This document shows, piece by piece, positions 12,141 to 31,636 of a stretch of 60,502 nucleotides of DNA. The DNA is from Geosiphon pyriformis uo1 (Eukaryota > Fungi > Glomeromycota). The stretch covers positions 348,287 to 408,788 of the forward strand of contig JAAOMT010000529.1 of assembly GCA_016748015.1 (NCBI GenBank). Reading direction: 5' to 3'. Under the pieces are notes generated by a model, which was given only the letters and a program-made list of their open reading frames with translations, did no database searches and was not told the DNA's origin. Both the position numbers and the translations under genes were made by a program. Each line of letters starts with the position of its first letter. Position 1 is the first letter of the stretch.

Positions 12141-13979
12141 CATTTTTATTTAAATAATAAAAATTAATAATTTCATGAAATTTCAAACTAAATTAAAATA
12201 GTGGTCATATTTTAATTTAATAATTCAGAATCATTATTTTATATATTTGTTTTTGAGATAGACAAATAATAAAGACTTACATTATTTTATACATTTATAA
12301 AAGGACATTTTTGATTTCTTTAAAACATTAAAGTTGTAAATAAATTAAATAAAATCTAATTAAAAGCATAATAAATTAGAATATATTTCTTCAATTTATA
12401 TTTGCTTTTATATATTAATAATTTTATAATTATTTCATGAGGTTTATTAGATTCATTTTAATATGTTAAATGTATTTTTAATAATTAAGTTATTATAACG
12501 ATATTCTTACACATTTAAAACATAATATATAAAGTTATGATAAAAAAATTATTTTAAAAAGTAAATCAATTTAGGTTTAAAATAATTTGACAGATAAAAT
12601 AAATGAAAGTTAAATTGTCTTAAAAGTTTTTCTTATATATTCTTGATTTCATTCATCGCTTGATGTTTTCTTCTTTGCTTGTTTCTTTGTTATTGAAACA
12701 AAATCTAATTTCGTTTTAAGAAAAATTAAAACATATTAAATTAGAATATTTTTTATAATAACACACTAGTACAATAGAATCAGAAAGTTTATAATTTATT
12801 TATCAAAAGAAAAGAATAGATTAAGATATTAATACAACTATTAAGTTTACCTTATTTTAAATTGAGTTAACATTTAAAATTAATGAGGCCAAACAGGGAA
12901 TCAGATTTGGCACTGATTGAAAAATCGGTATTAAAAAAAAATTTGATATTAGTGAAATATAGTTTAATAAAAATATTATTAAAATTAAAATAAGTATACT
13001 ACTCTTATAAAATAAATTTACTTAATATGTTAATTAAATTATTTTTTATTTTCATAATAAAAATAACAAAAATTTTTAATTAGGTTTTTTTAATTAAATC
13101 TAGTAATTTCGACAATGATATTCAAAAATAAAGTTAAATTATTTTTTGAATTATTATTTTTTTTTTTACATAAATTGAATTAATTCTACAAATATTTGCC
13201 AAATAATTTTAATTTAATTATCTAATTTGAGTTTTTTTGGTTAATTTTAATAAATTATAATTTTAAAAACTAATATATGTATTTATTTGGATAAAAGTGA
13301 AATGTAAAAAAAATATTATTATTACATATTTATTTACAAATTTATAAATTTTTAAATTTATAACTTATTGAAATAATATTAATTGCTAATTTTTTACATA
13401 ATTGGATTTCCAATTTTTTGTTTATCTTCTTTTTTAGATTGCTTTAATTTTTTTAATTTAACTTGTAATAATATTATTCATAATAATAATAATATTTTTC
13501 TTTTCTATTTATAAGAAAATATTAATTCAAATATAAATAGAGCCAATTTTATTATTTCATAGTAGCTCTCAGTCTTTAACTTATTTATATAATTATGCGT
13601 AAATTTTTCAATAATAAGCTATTTTTAAAATAAATAAAAACTCTTTAAATGTAGCTTTTTAACTTTAGTTTTATCTTGACTTATAATACGATAAAGACTT
13701 TTATCACGATTTAACTTTTATCTATAAATTTTAAATTTTTTTAATATAGTGAAATAATTTAATAAAATTTATTATTAATACGATTTATAAATTAATAAAG
13801 GTTATCGAAAATATATAACTTATGAAAAGATAATTCATTGAACCGAAAATTAAGATGATGGATCATGTTTAAATTTATTAAGAATCATCTAAAAGTTAAA
13901 GACAATAGATAGTAAAAGAAATAAGTATTAAACAAGAGGATAAATTTCATTAATAATTAATATAGATATAATTACTTAC

Positions 13980-15197
13980 CTTTAGGCAAATAGACTAATT
14001 CTTTTATAAAGTAAAGTAAATTGATGTAAAATTTTAACATCCCAACACTTTTCAAATGAGTTCGGTAATATAAGAGGGAAGGTAGTCTTAGGTCTTTAAG
14101 TATTTAAAATAGCCATTATAAGAATATGATCATGAGAAAAATCATGAAAAGGAGGCTTTCCTGTTGCTAATTCCCATAATAACATGGCAAAACTATAAAT
14201 ATCACCAGCCACAGTAAACTTTTCTCCTCTTAAAACTTCTGGTGGAATGTATGGAATCACTCCATATATCTTTTTTCCTTTGTTGTTGTTGCTTCATTGT
14301 TTGTAGGTTGACATAATCGGAGGTCGCAAATTCGTGTGTTAGATGTCATAGATTTATATTGTAGGATGTTGCCCGAGTGTAGGTTACGATGAACCATACC
14401 AGAGTCATGAATTTCTTCAAGTCCTAAAGCTATTTGAAACGCGATCGTTCTTTTTTCTGTGAAACTTATAGAATCTATAGAATGAAAGTTTTTTGATAAA
14501 TATTTTCGCATATCTCCATGTTTTGCAAACTCCATCACAATTCCATACTCGAGTGTTATAGTGTTTTGCGTAATCCCCAATATTGAAGAGATACAACTTA
14601 AATACCCATACTTAATAAACATAGCTCTTTGAATATTTAACTAACAACACAATGCAAAAAAGTACATAGATAATATACAGTAAATAAATAAATAAATAAA
14701 AGGTAAATATGAATTAATAATAATACTTTTTTCACCTCTTTAAACACTTCTTCACTGTTCGTTTTTACAATTTTTATTGCTACTTGCCGCTCTCCATATC
14801 GTTGATATACACCATTACATCTTATACTATGTTTATTAATTTGTCCATCAACCCATGTTGCTTGATAAATTATACCGAACCCTCCTCTAGCAATTTCGTT
14901 AATATTTGACAAACGCTCCCATGAAATCCATTCATAGTAATTAACTCTACCATTACTATAATTATTTTTAGGTGAAATATAGATTGGATTCTTAATTATT
15001 TCATCAATTACTTTATTGCCGGTTGAAAAGTCGCGATAAAGTTTCTCAAAAAATATGAATTTGCATGCTCTACACAAATTATAATCCTTTTTAACGCTTT
15101 TTTGACACAAATCACATTGGTTGCAATCATGAGCATATTGACGAATATTCTTAACATAAGCTTCAGAGTGCATTTTTTTAGTTTGAAGATTCCCCAT
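13980..15197 (-). pseudogene. TKL kinase pseudogene (copy K4), with catalytically dead motifs
   Basis: Exon 1 is 15197-14736 and exon 2 starts at 14640. Motifs read HRNLHSGN and CDLR. One A is missing from the A-run at about 14271-14276 (frameshift). The C-terminal part of exon 2 is deleted: the sequence jumps from CWDV at about 14036 into intron 2. Confidence 0.88.
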
Positions 15198-15632
15198 CGT
15201 GAATAAAAAGTGAATAGGTTATTATTCGAAAAAGTTTTTTAAAAGCTTTATTTGATAGTATGGTTAGATAGTAATTATTAAAGAGGGGAGTTCGTATTTA
15301 TGTTTTTCTCTAAGTAGTTATAATACGTAAATTACGCCAAACAAAGTCTCATCATTATGTTGCCTAAATGAGCTGTTCAATTTCTTGTAGAACAATAACG
15401 ATTTAGGCTTTGTGTGAAACATAAAAGATATTGTAGTACTAAAAATCATTGTGCACCAAAACAGAGTCAATAAATTGATTTGTTACACTATGCGAACATA
15501 GAAGAAACAACATAAGTAAGAACTCGCCTTTAGACAAATAACTTTCTAAACCTACTATCAAATAAACCTTTAAAGAAACCCTCTTTGAATGATAACCTAT
15601 TCCCTTTTTATCCTTTGGCCTTTATTCACACG

Positions 15633-17314
15633 ATGGAAAACAAAGAAATTAAAAGAACTCTTCCAGATGCTCATGATTGCAAGCTCTGTAGAAGATGTCG
15701 ATGGAATATTAGACTTAATAATGATAATTTGTGTCGGGGATGCCACTTCATATTTTTTGAAAAATTTTATAAAGACTTTTCAAGCGGCAATGAAGTAGTT
15801 GATGAAATAATTAAGAATCCAATATATATTCCACCTGAGGGTGAAGATGAATATGGTAAAGTGAAATACTATGAATGGATTCCATGGGAACGTTTGTCGA
15901 ATATCCACAAAATTGCTAGAGGAGGGTTTGGTATCATTTATAAAGCAACCCTAATTGATGGATTAATTAATGCGAGGAGTATAAGATGTAATGGTAAATA
16001 TGAAAGTGAAGGAATAGATAGAGAATTAGCAATAAAAATTATACCAACGAACAATTCAGAAGTGTTTAAGGAGGTAAACAAACTATTATTATTTATATTT
16101 ATATTTTTTTCACATTTACCTATTATTTATTTATTTACTGTATATTATCGTTTATTTATTTATATTATTTGTTTACTTTTTTATACTGTATTGATAGCTA
16201 GCTATTCAAAGAGTTATGTTTACAAATAACAATGGGTATTTAAGATATATCTCTTCAATGTATGGGATTACGCAAAATGCTGAAACACTCGAGTATGGAA
16301 TTGTGATGGAGTTTGCCGAACATGGTGACATGAGAAAATATTTATCAACAAATTTTCATTCAACGAGTTGGTATGATAAATTATATATCGCGTCTGATAT
16401 AGCTGAAGGACTTGATTCAATTCATTCTTCTGGTATTGTTCATCGTGACCTACACTCGGGCAACATCCTACAATATGTGAAAGATGAAGTGACTATTGGA
16501 GACCTCGGATTATGTCAACCAGTAAACAGTAAAGGAACAACAATAGACGCAACAACAGGAAAAGCAACAGAGGAAAAAAAAGAAATATTTGGAGTGATTC
16601 CATACATTCCACCAGAAGTTTTAAGAGGAGAAAAGTTTACAGACAAGGGTGATATTTATAGCTTTGCCATGTTATTATGGGAATTAGCAACAGGAAAGCC
16701 TCCTTTTCATGATCGTTCTCATGACCTTTTTCTCGTGATGGATATTCTTTATAATGGTATTAGACCTAAGATTACCTCTCCACTTATTCCCCCTTCTTAT
16801 GCTGAAATAATTGTAAAGTGTTGGGATGTTAATCCTGAGAATCGTCCTACTGCCAAAGAAGTTGTGCGTAAGTTGTGGGAAAATAAGATTTCGGAGCCCG
16901 AGTTTTTAGAATCTGATAAATACGTGTTTGAGATGTTAAAGAACGACTCTACAACAACAGCAAAAACAACAACAACAACAACGTGCATTCATCCAGGAGC
17001 AGTTTATACAAGTCGTCTTTTAACTTTGCAAATAATTGAAGAGACAAAAGGTTAGTTATCTATTTTGTATTAATTAATTTATTGATTTAATTATTATACA
17101 GTATATTAAAAATTTATGTAAATTTACTTTACTTCTTAAAAGAATTAGTATATTTGCCTGAAGGTAAGAAATTACAACTATCGTTAATCATTAATCATAA
17201 ATGAAATTTATCCTTTTGTATAATAACACTTATTTATTTTACTATCAATTATATTTAGACGAATGGGTAAAAGAAAGTGGGGAAGGAGACGACACTACAA
17301 CAAAAAACCTTTAG
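15633..17314 (+). CDS. Intact TKL-family protein kinase with Cys-rich N-terminus (copy K5)
   Basis: Exons 15633-16073, 16198-17050, 17143-17163 and 17259-17314 join in frame. Motifs present: RGGFG, LAIK, HRDLHSGN, GDLG, YIPPE. Confidence 0.92.
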
Positions 17315-17340
17315 AGAGATTTTTAAAATATAATCAAACC

Positions 17341-17430
17341 CTCGATAACAACAACGCCAACGCGCATTCATCCGGAGCAGTCTTTACAAGTCGTCTTTAA
17401 CTGCACAGATCGTTGATTTTTCAAAAGTGA
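17341..17430 (+). pseudogene. Degenerate duplicate of the kinase tail (TTTPTRIH.GAVFTSR..TAQIVDFSK)
   Basis: CGCGCATTCATCCGGAGCAGTCTTTACAAGTCGTCTTTAACTGCACAGATCGTTGATTTTTC matches 10519-10582 with small deletions. Confidence 0.75.
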
Positions 17431-20072
17431 TAAGCTTTATAATTGATTAATCTATAAGGTAAATTAATAGGCTAACTTTCTTTTATTGAATTTTCAAATA
17501 GACTTTATCTACCTTCCGTAAAATAGTATCTTTTATACTTAAGAATTGTTATTAATTTTTAATATATTAAAGTATTTAGACTTTATTTTATTTTTTAAAA
17601 TCGCTTATCATCATAAATGAGTGGGTTCCAACTATATATACGTACATAGTTTAAATACATGTTCTAAGGTAAAAGGGGATCGTGCGCTTTTTACACGTGA
17701 ATAGCCACTCCGGTAAATTTTACCTATTCAAATAAATTTATTGCTTGAAGAGTAATTAAAATTATCTAATATAGAAAAGTCATGTTCATCAATTTAAATA
17801 TTAAACTTGAATTAACATTGTGATTTTAATATCGATTTAAATACCAATGTTATATGATAAATTCCAATGAACATTGTTATTTACATACTTGATTTGATTT
17901 ATTAAAGGTTGAGCATTAACCCTATATGAATTAAAATTAAATATTAATATCAATTTTATCAAATAATCTATTCAACTTATGGTACTTTAATGTAAAAAAA
18001 AAACTTAACTATTTCTCAAATATATTTTTTATAAAAAAAATAATCTCAATATTCGGTCATTAAATTTTATAATCTTAATAACTAATGATTTTAAAAATAA
18101 ATCTTTGAGTCAAAAGATGTTTAAATCAAACTTGATTCATAAAAACTTTTTTATAAAAATTAAAATACAACTATCTTTTGATTTATTTTTTAAAAACACA
18201 AAAATTTTAAAAAAAAATTCAGCTTTAGATCTTAATATGCGTAAAATTGAATTTTTTTTTTGAATAAAAATTTTAAACAACCAAAAAGAGGAATAATAAA
18301 TAAATCAATTTCGGTTTTTTGTAATCAAAACAAAAAATTTTTTTTTTTTTAAAAAAAATATTCATCGCTATCTTGTTTAATTTGTTTTTCAGCTAACAAT
18401 TAATCTAATATTTAATTTTAACCAGCTATTTATAAGTTTTTTAATATTTTAACATTATTATTAATCATATATTTTTTTATTTTATTAACATTTTCTTTTA
18501 ATTTTTACTTTGGTTTTTTGTTATAATAATATATATTTATATTATTATTTTTTAAATTTTATTTTTTAGCTTAGTTTATACCCTTGCATTAGACATAAAT
18601 GAAAAAATGATTAATCAAATGTTTTTTAACAAAATAATTAGTAATTATATTCATTTTTGATTTTAAAAGTATTTTAATAAATTAGAATAAAAATAACAAA
18701 TTAAATTAAATTAATTTTACAATTTGTAATATAATATATATTCTTAATTGACAATTAACCAAAAATTAAAAACTAAATTGGCAATCATAAATGAAATTTG
18801 TCAACTTTTTATACATTTTAAAAAAAATTTTTTGATTGGTAAACTTTGATCAAAATTTCCGAGTTTTTATTTTATTGCTACAATAAAACATAGGTCTTAT
18901 TTTTCAAATTATTTTTTTATTCTTAATTTTCCAAATTTAATTTTAAGAATAAATTTTGTTCACAAAAATTTAATTATTATCAGCTTTGAAGAAAAATATA
19001 AATTTTTTCAATTGCATTTTATCTTGTTTTAATATAATTTATTAAATTCAAAAAACTTTGAAAACTCAAACTACAATATTTTCAGTAGCTATCTAGCATT
19101 CAAAATTTACAGCCTTTTCTTTTTACCAGTGATAACTCCAGTGTGGTCAAAGCCTAAGAAATGGTCATTGGTTCTTTACAGAAATTCAGGCTTTTAAAAA
19201 CTAGTGAAGCAAAATTAAAGGGTTTTATAACTATAGAAGATATTAATTTCTACCAATGGAACTACAGCGTCAGATATATTTTTATAATTATACTAGTCTC
19301 TTTTTAGAGGTGAATTGAAAGATATCACTTATCAAGAAACAACAAGGAAGCGATAATGAATAAATATTATTAAGAATAATAGAAAACGAATTTTAATACT
19401 GATTCGGGATTTAATGCTCCAAGAAAGACTCCTTAAAAAGCTAGAAAAACCCATGGTGAACAAAGCAAAAATTGAGGAAATAGGAAATTGGGTTTAAGAA
19501 ATGACTTTTAACTTCAATAATAGTTTTTCTTTTGGGAATTCAATATTAGAATCTATAATTTCTATTCAGAAAGAAAATTTTCACCTTTGCACTGGATAAA
19601 ATAATATTTAAATAAATCCCTTCAATTAGAGAATGAAACGGTAAACCCGAGTTAACGTTTCAAATCGACTTGAAATTTTAATATATATTCAAAATTTGGG
19701 AATTAGGTAAAATCTTCTGGCAAAAAAAATAGTCCTAATATGAATAAGAAAAACCCTTTATCTCTGCATGAAATACTTGAAAATAAGCTCCTGAAAATCT
19801 TTTCGCAGGGAAAAATCTAAATTCTAATGCGGTGCAGTGTTACTAGGCGGGTGAGGTGCACTTTGATTTTTCTTTGATTCGTTATCTTGAAAATTTGATG
19901 GTCAAACTTTATTGCTTTTGTAGTGTGACAAAATTGTAACAATATAAAAAATCAATTCTTCCAAGTAAAGGAGGAATCTACCCTTATCGTACTATTTAAA
20001 AGAGGTATATATCACATTCCTCAAACATTCCCATCTAAAGTTGGAATATTTTAATTCATCATCTTTTGGAAA

Positions 20073-21594
20073 ATGGAAAAGATTTTGAATTTTCGTGATG
20101 TAGGTAACACCATCTTTGAAAATAATAAACAAGGAAGAACCAGACTTGGTCAAAGTTCGGGGAATTGGTGGGCAGAAATGAAAATTTTAAAATCTGTATT
20201 TTCTTCAAAGGCCAATGATGAACTTAATGAATTTTATCACCTAAATTTTAAAATTAAGCATAATAAAGCCAGGTGTACTTTTCCGTGGAGCACAACCAGG
20301 TTAGGAAAATAATTGAAGAGTCTTTGAACCGCTGAGGAAAAAAATCGTTTTACTACCTTTTGATTAAACTTTGATACAGATGAGACTTCACCATCAGATG
20401 CTCAAAAGTTTATCGAGCTGGGTATTCGTACGATTATAGATTTGCGTAGTGGGTGAGTTACTTTCTCTTTTTTGTACAAAGTTTATCTATTATTACTTGT
20501 GAAACAAATTTATATAATCAAATTCTTTTCTTCGAAAACCTTTCAACTTCTTTTTACTTGATATTTAGATACGAAAATGTCAAACCACATATTTTGGCCA
20601 AATTATACCCGACAGTACCTATTTTAAATGTAAGTACTGAAAGCCTTTGATGATTTTAAATATTTGCTTTCTTTTTTTTAAAATAATTTTTTGAAAATTC
20701 GGTAAAGACGACCGACAAATTTAATGATGATAAGACATATAATGAGAAAAACAGTCGAAAAACGATAAAAATTTGTCTGGCTGGGAGAAATTATCAACGA
20801 ATGGTACTTGCGAACTCTAGTTGGCCAATTTCATTGTAGGTTTATTTATAATATCTAGCCTAGCAAAAATCTTTACGCTAAAAATTCTTTTATAAATATA
20901 TTCAAATAAACCTCTTGCCAAGTTTTAATATTTGTATATTTTATAGACAGGTTATTGGCTATTACTTAGTCTGTAACAAACAAATGGCTGCAAAAACTAT
21001 TGGATCTAAAGTTATTTCGCCTATGGGTTTGGGTGAAATGTACTCCAGTTTTCTCGAAGGCTGTCATGATGAAATTCGTGAGGTTAGAATTTTTACTTTG
21101 TTTTGTGAAAATTTTCAAGAACCCCGGAAAATCATCCATGACGCTAATTAACATTTTTAGATTTTTGAAATTATGATTGATTGCGAAAATTTTCCCATGT
21201 ATGTCCACTGTGCTTATGGGAAAGATCGAACGGGGTTTATAATTGGTAGGGTCTCTTAATTTCATTGGAGCGTTTTATTTTATTTATTTTTTTTTACTGA
21301 ATTCTTGATGTGATATTTTTAGCTCTTGTGTTGTCACTTTGTGGAGTAGACGACGAAATCATTATTCAAGACTATAGCATATCACAGGAAAACCTTAAAT
21401 CCTGGCGTGCGCGAATTGTCAAAGATATGGGAAAATTAGGTTTATCTGAAGATTTTGCAATGGCCAAACCTGAAGCGATGCATGAAATGTTAATGAATTT
21501 AAAAATAAAATACGGTAGTACTGCAGATTATTTGTCGTCGATTGGATTTTCAGTTCAGAAACAAAACCTATTGAAAAATTACCTTTGTAAATAA
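20073..21594 (+). CDS. Protein-tyrosine/dual-specificity phosphatase (PtpB / Y_phosphatase3-like), multi-exon
   Basis: Spliced exons give NFRDVG, IKPGVLFRGA, LGIRTIIDLRS, the active site PMYVHCAYGKDRTG (about 21195-21235), IIQDYSIS and KYGSTADYL..IG. The first donor site is uncertain. Confidence 0.88.
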
Positions 21595-22762
21595 GAATTT
21601 TGTATCATGATTGAAAAATTATTATTTTTTAATTTTACTGCAACTGAAATAATTTATCCCCCTTTCTTGAATAATAGCTAATTCATTAAATAAATGCCTA
21701 GAAAATTTTTTTGCAAGTTAATTCCTTTCCTAGGTATTTTGGAAATAAATTTAAAATGAAAGGAGAGAAATTAAACTTTGATTTTTGACAAAATCCGATT
21801 GAATTCATAAAATCTAAAAAGGGGCATTTCCACCAACTTTGATTGATTACATAATATATTATTTTTATTTAGTTTTTGAGAAGTTTAAAGTTCATATTTG
21901 AAAGCTTCACTGGATTGTGGACGTCACGCGATCCGTACTTGCCAGTGACTGAGTATATGCAAACATGTACATCATGAACCTATCCTAACAAAACAATTAT
22001 GAAAGACTATCCACTAAATGCGCACATTAATGAAAAAGGCAAGTACATGTACTAATAATTAGGGGAATCAAAAGCTTAATTCGGGATGGTAAAACTCTTG
22101 CATTAATTTAGCTTTTAGAAAATTTGAACGAGATCTTAATCCTTGTGAACTTTGAAACAAAAATCTTATATAGATATCTAATTTTTAGTATATAGATAAA
22201 CCGGGTTTTGAAACATAAAAAATTTTATATGATTAATCACATTATGTCACCAATATGAGTTTTTGAAAGTGTTCTCTAATGGCCTTGATATTAATTCTTC
22301 ATGACGAAATTTCAACACTTTCATCAATATATATGATCAACTAATAAATAGGACATTTGGATGTATAGGGAAACTTAGTATAAGATATTTGTTTTGTTTT
22401 CCAGATAAATAATTTTATGCATGAAATGGAAAAAGAAGAAATTTTTATTACAATATTTTTTTCCTGATTCGGTTTCTATTATATATATATATATTTATTT
22501 ATATATAATTTTTTTTCTTTTAAATCAATTTTTGGCAACTTCAAATTATCTTTAATTTTTCTTTATGCTACTTTATATTTTATATATATTTTTAAATTTG
22601 GTTTTTGAAAGAATCATCGATATTCATATATTTTTTAGTAAATTTCTGTGTTACATAATTAAAGCAAAAAATAACCTCAAGAATACAAAATGAAAAACAA
22701 AAAATATTTTAATAAGAAAACAGAAATAGCATTTTTTTATTAGTTGATTTCATTTTTTAGTT

Positions 22763-22798
22763 ATTCTATTCTATTCTATTCTATTCTATTCTATTCTA
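22763..22798. repeat. (ATTCT)n pentanucleotide microsatellite, about 7 copies
   Basis: Tandem ATTCT units are visible directly. Confidence 0.9.
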
Positions 22799-23640
22799 AC
22801 TGAAATTCATAGTAAAATAAATAAAAATTTAATGAAACTCTTTTTCTGAGTCATTTTAAAATTTTAACAAAATGTAATTATTTGAGGAAAAAAAACCCCC
22901 CGTTATTTTGGTTGATTTTCTTGATATATATATATATCCTCTTTTTATTTAAATTTTTTATCCATAGATTTTTCTGCAAATATAATTCATAAGAATATTT
23001 TCAAATGTTGTTTATTATTATTTATAACAGGAAATTGATATTTTGATCTTCTATTTAAAATTTAGAGAAAAATTAACAACGTAAAAATTTTATCATAATC
23101 AAATTCATTTGTTCGAATTATGTTTTGATGAATTTTTGATTATTAAAAAAATTATTCATTTTTATCTTGGCAAATTCAACCCATATTTCAAGACAATTTC
23201 AAAAATAGGTTTTGTTTTCAAGTGTATAAATGAATAAAAATTTTTATTGCTTGAAAATCATTTTCAACCCCATTTTCCTACTTAAAATCAATGATATTCT
23301 CGATAAAATATCCAACATCAGAGATCCTCCTATTGATAAAGTTTTGTAATAATTTTTAATTAAATGGAACTTTTTTGTAGACCGAAGCATTGGGCAATGT
23401 TTTTTGCAAGATAATTTTGTAACTACTTGAAAAATAATCATAATGATTTAGTATCCATCGTATTAAAACAAGAAACTTGATTTTCTGTTAATAATTTAAT
23501 CAAAAGATATATGTAACATCAGTGGCCTACATACAGGTTTAACCGAGTCTATAAGTTGCATGGGTTTTGGTAAGTCAATATATTCTACTAATCCTCTGAA
23601 TTAAATTTTCTAATCTATAAACTCAGCACGATAACTTTTT

Positions 23641-27607
<3,967 letters not shown>

Positions 27608-28309
27608 GACTTCAAGAGACGATCAACAAAACTATCTATTTTGATTAAGGATTTGAATAATATTCAGAGCAAGAAAAGGTTGATACACTTACATGATTTA
27701 GTTTATCAACAAGCTTTATTTACACCTAACATTGCCATTGAGAATTCTGTAAAATTCGAATGATCCCAATATTCTGATTTAACAAAATTAGTCTGATACC
27801 TACAGTCAGAAAATTTATTTTTCAATCTAAAATAAGGCTGAAAATGGCGAAAGCTCAAATGGGAGGAATCGTCGAACCACATTTAAGACATAAATGCAAT
27901 TTCAACGTTACACACAGTGATTGTGGCTGCAAGCCACCTTAAAATCTTATGAATCAAATTTAAAAATACACGAAATTTATTATCTTTTACATTATGTTAA
28001 ATATTTCACACAATTCTGTATTTGGTGCCATGGATTTAATCTATCAATGTTGATTTCTCAAAAATGAGCGACTATAATGGAAGAAAAAGACCAATAAACT
28101 TCCTTATTTGAATGGATTTCAATTTAAGGATATTAAAATTTGAAGCATCATATTTCTTCCTTGAATAGGTTTTTGCTTAGATGGAGAATTCTCAAAAAAT
28201 TGGCCATTAACCTATGCGTTCATCTTCAATTTATATAATTTTTTACGCAGCTTTCAAAAGAAAATCTAAAAGCTCCAGTTCCTGATTCAGTTCTTAAGCT
28301 AAATCGTAA

Positions 28310-29449
28310 TTATTTGATCCCAAAAAAACTCGCAGCATATATTTCATCAACCAATTCTTTATCGGCACTAGCAACAATGTTTCGCCAACTTGCCCCTTTT
28401 CTGATTTCTTCCCAATGATCAGAGACATACTCTAAGGCCACGTTTTTTAACCTGGAATTCCCAGTTTGCCATGCAAACAGCAAAACTTTATCCCAATTGT
28501 CTATTGTCCTCGCCAAAAGTTTCATTCTTCTTTCCACTACTTTCTGTAAATCTTCAATTCCCATCATGTCAGCTTTTTCATGTATTTCAACAATAATATC
28601 CAGAAAAAGATCCTCCTTAAGGATTCCAGTATATAGAAAATCTATCACTGCACGGAAAGCAGTATAAGAAAAATCTTTGATGGGAATTGTGGAGAGTCTT
28701 GTCTCCCTAAATCCACCTGTTAGAAGAGTTTTAAAGTATTCTGAGGCAGTTCCAATTACGAGCCGATGAGCTTTGATTATTGAACCACAGTCCAAGATGA
28801 ATTCAATATCACAAAACGTTTGGTCATTCAAATAATCGGCACTAGATTTTGGAAGCGGTGTTTGTTGAGCTGTAACTGCAATTGGAGAGTTTGAACTTGG
28901 ATTTTCCTTCATTATTTGCGGTTCAAATGTCACACGCATTACTAAATCAATAGGCTTTGTCCTTGTGTCGTCAGTATAAGTAAAAATATCACTCAAAGCG
29001 GCAAATTTCAAGAATCGATGATGATAGCTTTGTCCACCATGAAAAAAAAAGGTTGCTTTTTGTAAAGAGCGAGAAGCAATCAAATCAAATTGCAATTCTG
29101 GATCTTGTCGATCACTAACATGATATAATTCCATGGTATAACTAACAAAACGTGCTTTGATTCTCTTATCAACCTCGTACTTTGTCTGGTAGCCAATTAA
29201 CATTGCTGCAATATGGTTTGGGTTTTTGATTGTGCCTGTTGGCCAGATGCCCAGTCGCCATAGATCTGAGGTCTCTAATGGGTCAAAGTCAGCATTTGAC
29301 GACGATTCGATCTGCCGAGGTGTTGAGAATGTTTCGCTGAGAATAGGACTATTATTGAGGATTCGTTCGTGATAATGCTGGAAATCACGAAGTTGCCAAT
29401 TAAAAACGAAAGTATTTGAATGATTTAATCTGCTATTTGGTGATTGCAT
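28310..29449 (-). CDS. BTB/POZ-domain protein with MATH-like N-terminus (single exon)
   Basis: FCDIEFILDCGSIIKAHRLVI..ASEYFKTLL..GFRE..FRAVIDFLYTG is a BTB signature. The N-terminal FNWQLRDF...SETF...WRLGIWP is MATH-like. Confidence 0.85.
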   Translation of the reverse strand: MQSPNSRLNHSNTFVFNWQLRDFQHYHERILNNSPILSETFSTPRQIESSSNADFDPLETSDLWRLGIWPTGTIKNPNHIAAMLIGYQTKYEVDKRIKARFVSYTMELYHVSDRQDPELQFDLIASRSLQKATFFFHGGQSYHHRFLKFAALSDIFTYTDDTRTKPIDLVMRVTFEPQIMKENPSSNSPIAVTAQQTPLPKSSADYLNDQTFCDIEFILDCGSIIKAHRLVIGTASEYFKTLLTGGFRETRLSTIPIKDFSYTAFRAVIDFLYTGILKEDLFLDIIVEIHEKADMMGIEDLQKVVERRMKLLARTIDNWDKVLLFAWQTGNSRLKNVALEYVSDHWEEIRKGASWRNIVASADKELVDEIYAASFFGIK

Positions 29450-29893
29450 TTTTAGGCGATTTTAAAATAATAAGTCGGTTGTGGTTTTAATTTTTTGAGT
29501 TAGAATCCTGCTTTGGTTATTATCATAACAGGTAATACCAATGATTAGCAGGTTTTTTCTTCCCCGATCTCTGTTGAAAGTGGACCAAATTGAATTATCA
29601 TCATTCGCCGACTTTTTCCGTATCACTGATCTCCTAAATTATTCACATGACAGTAGCACTCTAAAATACTATTTGGCGTTAACACTGATTGAAAAATGAA
29701 TTTTTAAAAACAGACAAAACAATAAACAAATGATAACCGATAACATTTCAAAAAGATCCGTCTAGTGTCTCATTTGTGAAATCGTTGTCGAAAGATTCCA
29801 CGTTTTGAAGATTAGATGCATCAGCCCTATATAAATACCTCAATTGATTTTTCTTCAAGGTTCAGCGAAATTATCATTCAATAGGCTATAAAC

Positions 29894-31636
<1,743 letters not shown>

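Noticed and set aside
19080-19620. Possible decayed transposase sequence
   Set aside because: It has a coding-like texture but no identifiable motif or termini.
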